Assembly: GCA_026025075.1 (NCBI GenBank) | Contig: JAPEUI010000071.1 | Span: 62,001-91,319 of the forward strand | From: Vezdaea acicularis | Taxonomy: Eukaryota | Reading direction: 5' to 3' | DNA length: 29,319 nt | Shown: positions 20,427 to 29,319 of the stretch, in pieces | How the letters are laid out: every line of letters begins with the position of its first letter | How positions within the stretch are numbered: the stretch's first letter is position 1 | Notes under the pieces: generated by a model | Told to the model about the DNA's origin: nothing | The model's database searches: none | What the model saw: the letters and a program-made list of their open reading frames with translations, nothing else | Translations under genes and position numbers: made by a program

Positions 20427-22090
20427 ATGGCCTCAGAAGACAGAGTTCCGTCCTTGCTAGACACCGATCTTTACAAGCTAACCATGCAAAGCGCGATCCT
20501 GAAATACTTCTCAGACGTAGAGGTTGCTTACGAGTTTACGAATCGCACTCCAGACTTGAGACTCAATCGAGCCGGCTTCAATTGGCTGCAGAGACGAGTA
20601 TCTAACTTTAGCGAGGTATCCATCACGTCGGCGGAACTTGCGTATCTCAAGACTACTTGTCCATACCTAAGCCAGCCATATTTGGACTTTCTCCGTGACT
20701 TTCGCCTCGACCATCGTCGACAGCTCAAGCTTGAATGGAGTCCCATCAACGAGGGCGGCTCGCCAAATGAGCATCAGTTAGGAGACTTGAGGATACATAT
20801 ACAGGGACGTTGGCTAGATACCATTTTGTGGGAGATACCGCTCTTATCTCTTACGAGTGAGGCGTATTTCAAGTTTTCCGACAAAGATTGGAGCCATGAT
20901 GGACAGAAAGGTACAGCACCATTCCGGGGTTTTCTGATACTACTAAGGTTGCTCATGTTTGTTCTCTTCCCCAGGCAGAGCGCAGGGGAAAGGGATATCT
21001 CTACTTTCTCAAGGGGCCTCTTTTTCTGAATTTGGCACACGCCGCCGTCGAGACTATGTCACTCAAGATTTAGTCCTTCAGGGGCTTCGCGAGGCCAAGG
21101 ATGAAGCGGCGAAGAAGGGTTGGGAGGGTAAGTTGACCGGCACTAGCAACGTCCATTTTGCTATGAAATACGGGATAACTCCGGTTGGGACCATGGCTCA
21201 CGAGTGGTTCATGGCGGTCGCTGCAATTACCGGGAATTACAAGAACGCTAACGAAATGGCCCTGCGATATTGGATAGGAACATTTGGGGAAGGAGTAAAA
21301 ATTCTCTTTGGCACGTTGTCTGATCTACGCTAATACGTGTTTAGGTATTGGATATTGCTCTTACAGATACTTTTGGTACTGATGTTTTTCTAAGGGACTT
21401 CAAGAAGGCAATTCCCGCCTCGACTTCTGCTGTGCCTGGACGAGCTGTAACTTTACCTTCAACTGGAAGTTCCTTGATAAGCAATGCTAATGCAAGCTTG
21501 GCTCGTACTGAGCTACCTCTAGACGCATCAGAACAATATGGTTCGGGTATAAAGGAGACAGCGCAGAGCAAGACATATGCCCAAGTTTTCGGAGGGTTAA
21601 GACAAGACTCTGGAGATCCCTCAGCCTTTATAACGGAAGTGCGAAAGTTCTATGATAGTCAAGGCATTCAAGACCGGAAAGCTATCGTGTTCTCAGACTC
21701 TTTGAACGTAGAACGCTGTTTAAGATACAAGAAGGAAGCAGAGGAGGCCGGTTTTAAACCCTCGTTCGGCGTGGGAACATTCTTGACAAGTATTCTATCC
21801 TTGTCCCTTTACCTGAGTTGGGCTCATGATCTTTAGATGATTTCACCAGGAAGTCAGATGGGAAGAAATCAGTCCCAATGAACATCGTCATCAAGCTTTC
21901 GATGGCGAACGGCCATAACGCTATCAAGATTAGTGACAACGTGGGCAAAAATACGGGTGATCATGACACCGTTGAAGCTGTCAAGCGGACTTTGGGGTAC
22001 GAGGAAAAGTCTTGGGCCGAGGGGGACGAGAAAACCCGATGGGGCGTTAGAGACGACAAGCCACCGGCAAAGCCTGGGACTGCTACCTGA
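20427..22090 (+). CDS. NPT1: Nicotinate phosphoribosyltransferase; exons 20427-20910, 20975-21294, 21345-21789, 21837-22090
   Basis: SLLDTDLYKLTMQ, EFGTRRR, GTSNVHFA, GTMAHEWFM, ALTDTFG, RQDSGDP, FSDSL, FGVGTFLTNDF, NIVIKL, KISDNVGKNTGD. Three in-phase introns. Confidence 0.96.
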
Positions 22091-22955
22091 AGGTATACGT
22101 GACGATGTCAGTACATATAATCACAACACCAACATTCAATTACTCCCACGTGTTTCCGAGGATGGTGCAAGGTATTTAGAGCCTTAAAGGCTATGTGATC
22201 GGCGGGCGTATTGATACGCTTCAATTCTTGTCATCTTGCAGCGCTTTACCACCATAGAGGCTCTATCTGATACTTCACACAATGCAAGAACACGTGAACA
22301 GATATCTACCATCCTTGAAGGCCAGCAGAATCAGAATCATGTCTTTATACGTAAGGTGTGATACGATGTTATGTGCAATATTTTGTGGAAGCGACCTGGT
22401 GAAGCTGGGCGCAGCCGTTGCTAAGAATAAGTTGCCGGTAGATCGTACGCGTAGCCTTCCGCGTATGGAAAAGCCTGGAAGACGAATCATTGTCAATGTG
22501 GCTCATTCTTGCGGTGAGCGCCGCTTGGGCAGATCGCAGCCTTGCCACAAGGCGACACTGACGATAGTGCATATTCGGTCCTCTGGCGCATGTTATAGTA
22601 GAGTGCACGAGAGGCTGAGGCGTTCACTGGAAATCCAAACCCAAAAAAGGCTGGAGATGACAAGTGACGGTCAAGCGAATCAAGCGGACAATTTCATCCG
22701 CAATCTCACGCAACTAACGCCGCTCGCTCTTACACTAGCTTCCAGCCTTTTCTAGCCAGCACCACCCCATTTTCTAATTCACTGCTGCTCGCTCCTCACC
22801 TCGAGCAATCGTTCTTCCTTTCCTCTTGGGTTCTTTCATCATCTCCATCCATCAATCCTTCTCTTAATTCTTCATTCCTCAACTTGTCCAACTGTATTCT
22901 GCGCGTCGCGGTCGTGTCAAACCACTAGCGAAAGGGGCCTCGTCACCAGTTCAAG

Positions 22956-24750
22956 ATGAGTGTAAGTACTTCCCTCCTTCAGTTGGCATGTAACATGCAT
23001 TAGCGATGAGCTCAGCTTCTTTATATTGGCGGCTCTCATCCAATATGGAAGCAGGAGCGGTCCAGAACAATACCTAGTGAAAATTTGCAATGCAGGTGCT
23101 GACTATCTTACGAACAGTACGGGTTAGTTTCCTTGAACCTCTTCAACCATTCTCTTCCAAAAAATACCCATCCAACGTCCAATTACTGTTCTACAATGAC
23201 AAATATTTGTGTCTCTGCATTGCCTTGATCATAGGGATGCTGATTGTGCTGCTTATGTCGCTATGATCTAAATCCGGGATTCCCGCCACGTGAAATTGGT
23301 GTCTTGTACTGACACTCTACTCCAAACAGGGGCTACAACAACCAAGGTTATGGCGGCCAAGGTGGCTATGGCCAGCAAGGGAACCGCTACGATAATTCAT
23401 ACGAAACCGATAACCCATATGGGTCCGAAGGCCAAACGCAGGGTGGATACGGGGGCCGTCAGCAGCAGCAGCAAGGTGGATACCCTGCCCCAAGGCCAGC
23501 TCAAAATACTGCTGGATACGGTGGATATGATGCTGTGCCTGCGTCTGGAAATGGAGCTCCTGGTAAGCATTTGCAGTCATTAGCTAGACCCGATATATCG
23601 ATGCTAAAAACCCCCTTGTAGGTGGTGGGAACGATATGGAGATGAGCCCAATGAATGGTTCAGGGCGCCCAGCTCGAAGCGATCCCAATGCTATTCGCAA
23701 CGAATGTCGAGATATCGATCGCGGCATTGAACAGATTGGAGGGAACCTTACCCGGCTTCGGGAGCTTCAGAGGAGATCTCTAGAGGATCCGAACTCTAGC
23801 CCAGATACGAGTGTAAACAGAGATATTGATAAGATTGGCTACGATACTATGACACTCTACCGAAACTTTGCGGCCCGCATCAAGAAGATTAAATCTCAAC
23901 CAGAGTCTGGCAGCCCAACTAATGCGCCACATGTCACCAAAACCGATGGGAAGCTGAAAACTGCGATAAATGAGTATCAGAACGTAGAACGGGATTTCAG
24001 GAGAAGGCTACAAGCTCAAATGGAGCGCCAGTACCGCATAGTTCGTCCTGACGCGTCTGATGCAGAGGTTCGAGAAGCCGTTGAAGACACAAGCAACAAT
24101 CAGGTTTTCAGCCAAGCCGTATGTGAAACAAAGTTCTGAATATAATTGCATTATTGCTTATAGAAAATACAGCTACTACAGAGCGATCGGCGTGGCCAGG
24201 CGCAATCTGCCCTGCGCGCTGTAACTGATCGGCACACAGCCATTCAAAAGATCGAGCGACAAATGGAGGAACTCGCCGCTCTGTTCCAGGATATGGAAGC
24301 ATTAGTCGTACAACAAGAGCCAATGGTTGACGTTATCGACCAGAAAGGAGAAGAGACCAAACAACATGTCGAGAAAGGCAACGAAGAGCTATCGCAAGGT
24401 GTTGTGAAGGCTCGAGCAGCAAGACGGAAGAAGTGGTGGTGTCTCCTCATCTGCAGTAAGCCTTCATTTTCATTTCTATTAGATCACGTTCCTAGGAATC
24501 TTGATCTAATTGATGTCCAGTCATCATTGCAGCTATCATCGCTATCGTCCTGGGCATCATCTTCGGAGTTGTCAGGAAATGAGCACCGGACTTCGATGAT
24601 AATAGATTAGCTAAGAGACTTACTAATCCACTTACAGTCCTTATTCTCATCATCATAGCCGTTGTCGTCGCAGTTGTCGTCATAATCAAAAGGAATCAGA
24701 ACAACAACAACAACAACAACAACCCTCCAAAGCCCGCAACAACGCCCTGA
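22956..24750 (+). CDS. sso1: Plasma-membrane syntaxin (Sso1/2-like Qa-SNARE); exons 22956-22961, 23118-23122, 23330-23562, 23622-24118, 24173-24455, then terminal exon 24521-24582 or 24638-24750
   Basis: Habc region, RQYRIVRPDASDAEVREAVED, QVFSQALLQSDRRGQA, SNARE motif (RHTAIQKIERQMEELAALFQDM), ARAARRKKWWC, then a TMD. G/Y/Q-rich N-terminus. Confidence 0.92.
24700..24723 (+). repeat. (AAC)8 microsatellite encoding poly-Asn in the distal syntaxin terminal exon
   Basis: Eight perfect AAC units read directly from the sequence. Confidence 0.9.
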
Positions 24751-25571
24751 TCGAGGCTACTCGATATTCAGAAGTCTTCCGGCAACTAGGAATTCACATT
24801 TTCTCGTTTCAATCACTGTTTTCATCTCCTTGCAGATCATTCTTCCCAGCACTGCACACTACTTTCCTGCGTCAATCTTCTAGTACTCGCCCGAGGACGC
24901 CGTCATCTAAGCAAAAGCATGCTTTGGCGGTGATGTGCCAACCACATTTGGCTGTTGTATCAGAGAGGGCCCCATTGGTACAGGTCAGGTTTTTGGGGGG
25001 GCATGGTTCTCGATCTTTAAGCTTCATCAACTATACATAAGACCACCACTCGCTGCACCAACTTTCCTCTAAACAAAATGAGCGTGCTTATATTGATGGG
25101 CGCCTCATAGTCATAAGCTTGCTAGCTCTTCTGAGACTTTCCTTCGAACTCTTTTGAGTTGAGATTCTGTGAGGGTATGGTTATACAATATAGATTGTTT
25201 TAATGAATCAACCATTGGAAAAGTTATCATGTTCTGCGCTAGAAGACCGTACAAAGTGACTCTATGTAAATCTCTGCTTTTGAAAGCACTCAACTACGTC
25301 CTGAAACAGCTCTAGATTGCTCCCTGTCCCGTCTCACCTGTCCAGCCTCCCCCACATTCGTCCTGGCTGCACTTTCGCTACGGATTAGATGGCGCAGGGC
25401 CAGCGTCGCGTCGAGAACCTTCAATTCTGCCGTCTCTCACCGCCTGCACCACGACAAAAATGACGTCTGTGCAGGATACCTTGCTGTGTGCTGCAGGGGA
25501 GCACTTCGGAAATCCACTTGTGGTATCGTCCCCTACGGCGCACCAACAACATCATCCCAAGGACCGCCAAG

Positions 25572-26415
25572 ATGTTTCGCTGGTAGGATCAATCTTACCT
25601 AGATCTGCCTCAAACAGAACTAATTATATACGTCTTTGCAGGTACCAGGCAAAGTTGGCAAAGCGCCCGATCCTCACTCAGAGTGTCACTACTGCTGTAA
25701 GTTATATTCCGTTGAAACTGGGCATATCCTATTCACGATACTGCAATGAGTTTGGCTTTGGCTTTGGCTTTGGTATTGGATCTAGTATACAACCGATTGT
25801 CGTGATTGGAGCTTTATTGGATATTCGTTCACTCTTAGACCTACTGACCCTACTGACGATTTGCTGCTAGGTGCTTTTTGCAACTGGCGACACCTTGGCC
25901 CAACATGCTGTCGAACGCATTCCCGCGAGAAATCACAACTACCAGCGTACCGGTCGAATGGCTCTTTATGGTGGCGGTACCTAACCTCTTCCAATTTCCA
26001 TCCCAATCCGTCACTGACAACTCTCAGCGGTCTTTGGCCCAGCAGCGACTCTCTGGTTCCGCTTCCTCCAGAACAAGATCCGCCTGCCGAATAAAAATGC
26101 TGAAATCGCAGCTCGTGTTGCGGTGGATCAGTGCGTGTTTGCTTCAACCAACATGTTCGTCTTCCTGAGCTCGATGGCGATTATGGAGGGGACGGATCCG
26201 AAGGAGAAGCTGGACAAGACATATTTTGCAGCGCTCAAAAAGAATTGGATGGTTTGGCCAATCGTTCAGTCGGTCAATTTTAAGCTGGTACCGCTGGAGC
26301 ATAGGGTCCTGCTTGTAAACGTTGTGTCTATAGGTAAGTCATGGCAAATGGTTGGAAAAGAAGTGTCTAATACTAGTTAGGTTGGAATTGCTACTTAAGC
26401 TACATCAGCCAGTAA
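25572..26415 (+). CDS. SYM1: Mpv17/PMP22-family mitochondrial inner-membrane protein Sym1; exons 25572-25582, 25642-25696, 25871-25976, 26028-26333, 26381-26415
   Basis: Spliced: [33 protein letters not shown]...[21 protein letters not shown]...[10 protein letters not shown]...[37 protein letters not shown]. Four in-phase GT-AG introns. Confidence 0.94.
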
Positions 26416-27293
26416 ATACATAAAATCAACTCAAACGTAAACGCCTCTATTTTCTGGTTTCTTTACGCAACGGCATCGACTTTCTATTTTGCACCGGCAT
26501 CCAGTCAGTCAAAGGGAGAAGGTGGATACATAACATGCTTGTGATACCCTCCATAGCGGCGAACAGGGAGGGGACTTCTTTGCTAGGGACTTTGCTTGAA
26601 ATGGGTTTCCTTCTGCATTACTGTATTCTAGATGGCATGAATAGACCTCAGTTGACCAAGGGAGTTGGGTTATGTTCAAAAATGGCCCTGCTGAGCTACC
26701 TGTTATGAAGTCTTTGGCTCAAAGGGAACCGGCGCTTCTTTAGGAAGGCGTCGGCCGCGTACTTACATTCCTAGTCTAACTTACAGGCTTCCATCGGGTT
26801 TTACTGCTGATGCCAGCCGTCATCACCTTGGAGTTGTCCAAACATGTCAAGCCAATCAGCGGAAGGCCTACCGCGGCTAAGAAGCGATATGTAACCCAAC
26901 GCAAAAGCTTGGCGCCGTAAATCTACCTTGACCCTAAAACCTTCACCTCCTCAAAGACAGTCGTATTCAAATCATACCTCAAAAACTCCTCGTGGTAAAT
27001 CCTTGCCTGGTGCAAAGATCTCCGTTTCGTCTCTTCTCCAAATTTCGCTCCACCGCCCTTGCGTTCATTGCAGATACTGCCACCCCCCCCCCCCACAACT
27101 GTGTTGTGCCTCCCTTATCGACTGTAACTTCCACAAACAGCACGCAGCACGTCATACTCTCCTTCTGCAACGCCATTCTCTCATCTGCACACTTCGGGTT
27201 TGAATCACCAAGTCAACCTTTCAACTGCTCATAAACACGAACGCTCACCTTACTACTCAACGAGCATCACTACCACCTTCAAGCATCGCAACA

Positions 27294-28207
27294 ATGTCTA
27301 CACTCGCTCCATCAGCATCGCCGGTACCACTTGACACTCTTCCCATAACGCCCACATCTCCCGTCGAGCCTGACAATGAGAACGCCGATAAGCCCAAGAA
27401 CGATGTCACCGTCTTCCATGATCCCGAAAACTTCACCGTCAAACACCCTTTGATGCATAAATGGACACTGTGGTTCACTAAACCCCCAAGCGGTAAGGGC
27501 GACAATTGGCAAGATCTTCTCAAGGATGTGATTACATTTGACTCAGTGGAGGAGTTCTGGGGCATCCACGTTAGTTTATCTCGCTTCTCTCTCACTTCAC
27601 GTTTGACAGCGCCGCTCTCTTGCCTACAACCATCATTTCCGTCGCAACGTTGTCCCACCCTTCCTCCCCAATCGCTCCCTCACTAACCACCTTCGGCCTA
27701 CAGAACAATATCTCGCCTCCTTCTATTCTCCCTCAGAAATCAGACTACCATCTCTTCCACTACCCGATCCGCCCCGAATGGGAAGACACGGCCAACAAGC
27801 ACGGCGGCAAATGGGCGTACCAATTCCGCAACAAAGCTGCCGTCCCCATCGATGAGCTGTGGCTACACGTCATGCTCGCAGCTATCGGTGAAACACTCGA
27901 AGTCCCCTCCGACGCCCCAGAGGGCACCGAATCAAAACCAGACGGCAAGGGCGAGGTTCTAGGCGTCGTGGTCAATATCCGCAAGGGCTTCTACCGTATC
28001 GGCGTCTGGACGCGCACGATTGGCGACAGTGGGAAGGGTGGCAAGGGCGCGAAAAAGGATGGGGGTGATCAGGAACAGCTCAAGAACGTGGGACGGCGCT
28101 TCAAGGAGGTGTTGCAGCTTGGGGCGGGCGAGGTGGTCGAATTCAGCGGGCATGCAGACAGTGCGCATTCTGGGAGTTCACGGGCTAAGGCCAGGATCTC
28201 GGTTTGA
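27294..28207 (+). CDS. tif45: Translation initiation factor eIF4E, ~259 aa; exons 27294-27569, 27704-28207
   Basis: KHPLMHKWTLWF, TFDSVEEFWG, KSDYHLF, IRPEWED, NKHGGKW, LAAIGETLE, VVNIRKGFYRIGVWT. One 134-nt GT-AG intron with an ACTAAC branch site. Confidence 0.96.
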
Positions 28208-28812
28208 TGATGCTGTGTTGGATGCAGATGTTGTTGGTTGCTGGAGGTGTGGTGGGGAATGGGAGATGGAAGGGACTTGGTGATCAATTAGGGCCGATTT
28301 GCTGCATCTGCCAATGGAGGCTTTAGCTGGACATATCCTTATCTGTCCCCTTTTTCCCTTCCCCCTTGGCTCCCTTTACGCACGTGGCGATAACCGGACT
28401 TAGGTACTTTATGAGATATGCCAGCTTGTTCACGGCCCTGTTTTGCTTTGGAACCGTGGGTCGACGCGTTATGTCTTGTCGGACTACTTGATCCGTATAC
28501 ATAGCCCAGATATATCTGCCCCTCCGCCACCTTTACTTACTCGCGCTATGGGCTTTTTGGGTCTTGAAACGGCTTCGTACTTGCTATGGCCTGTCGCTTT
28601 CTCCTGCGACGCGGGATCATGCGCCCCCCCGCCCTCATCCGTCCCTTTGACCACCGAATGCAAGCTCGAAGCGAAACCAATCCTCCCACCTCTTTCTTCC
28701 CGTGCAGTATAGTGATGGGGGGTGCGGAGAAGGGTCGTGGGTGTACTCATCAATCCCAACCCCCCCTTTTTTTTGGGTTGATACCTCATGCTACATCCTC
28801 ACTAACGGACTC

Positions 28813-29283
28813 GGGAGTAGGGGAAGTGGGGAAGTGAGGGCAGGGGAGGGGTTGGGAGTAGGGAGGGGGGGTGGGTCTTCTCTCCTCTTTCCTTTCATCA
28901 CCCCTCTAAATAGCCCACTTCATCCATTCACATACTAGATATCCCCTTTCCCCCCTCGTCCTCGGGCTAGCTAGCTAGGTTGTTCCGTATACACACACCG
29001 CTTATAGACCCCTTACTTGTCGAAACGGCGCTACAGAGAGTGAAGGATTGTTGGTGGGGACGGCAAATAGGGGATAGAGGGATTAGGGAGGGAGGGTTAG
29101 CACGGTAGGGCGTCAATTTTGGATAAGTGGGGTGTACGAGTGGGAATGTTGTGATGGATGTGGGGGATGATAGAAGGGGGGACGGGGGGGAGGGAGGAGC
29201 GGGAGTAAGTCGGATAACTGTGCTAGATGTGTGAGGTAGAGCAGAGAGAATGGGCTGCGCTGTGAGGGTTAGGGGTTAGGGGC
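28813..29283 (+). repeat. G-rich low-complexity tracts (C/T-rich on the - strand)
   Basis: Many G3-G8 runs at 28813-28875 and 29053-29283. The - strand has CTAAC branch motifs and YAG acceptors, consistent with intron or UTR sequence of a - strand gene extending beyond the window. Confidence 0.55.
29013..29030 (-). other. Candidate short exon of a - strand gene that starts outside the window (RRFDK-stop, or a 14-nt microexon)
   Basis: The - strand reads GCTAAC...CTAAT...pyrimidine tract...CTGTAG|CGC CGT TTC GAC AAG TAA. GTAAGG overlaps the stop and could instead be a donor. The parent gene cannot be identified. Confidence 0.3.
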
Positions 29284-29319
29284 TGGACGCTTAGCGTCAA
29301 GGAGTCTTGCGCAGGGGAG

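Noticed and set aside
21400..21575. ~55-aa low-complexity insertion in Npt1 (possible intein or retained intron)
   Set aside because: No intein terminal residues (C/S...HN) and no convincing splice pair; it looks like an ordinary variable loop.
22282..22755. 157-aa + strand ORF between NPT1 and the syntaxin
   Set aside because: No recognisable motif; it lies in terminator/promoter sequence and is probably a chance ORF.
25751..25773. (TTTGGC)n short repeat in SYM1 intron 2, and the C12 run at 27083-27094
   Set aside because: Ordinary microsatellite and homopolymer with no sign of function.
29266..29283. Telomere-like GGGTTAGGGGTTAGGGG near the window end
   Set aside because: Only two imperfect units, with ordinary sequence following. 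On the - strand they read as CTAAC branch-point motifs before a CAG acceptor.

Overview
Intron-rich filamentous ascomycete (Pezizomycotina-type) genomic DNA, with short GT-AG introns and CTRAY branch sites. A ZIP zinc transporter lies at the left end. Next comes an accessory block of about 13 kb. It holds a 253-bp MITE with perfect 35-bp CAC...GTG TIRs and a 5-bp TSD, a decayed secreted-protein gene, and a nonsense-interrupted mucin-like gene. It also holds a head-to-head pair: a stand-alone SesB-like alpha/beta-hydrolase and a fungal NLR (SesB-like-NACHT-ankyrin). From about 15.4 kb there is a dense housekeeping block: RPS2, BolA, an ACSF3/MatB-like CoA ligase, NPT1, an SSO syntaxin, SYM1 and eIF4E. 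The best candidate for a novel system is the pair. The NLR's hydrolase domain has lost its nucleophile (GHSMGG becomes CHGIGG), while the adjacent, divergently transcribed, similar hydrolase is intact and neither partner shows an amyloid motif. This suggests amyloid-independent pseudoenzyme-to-enzyme NLR signalling. Also notable are the Transib-like MITE and two alternative transmembrane exons plus a 5-nt microexon in the syntaxin. All exon structures were inferred by hand from splice signals and reading frame; no database searches were run.
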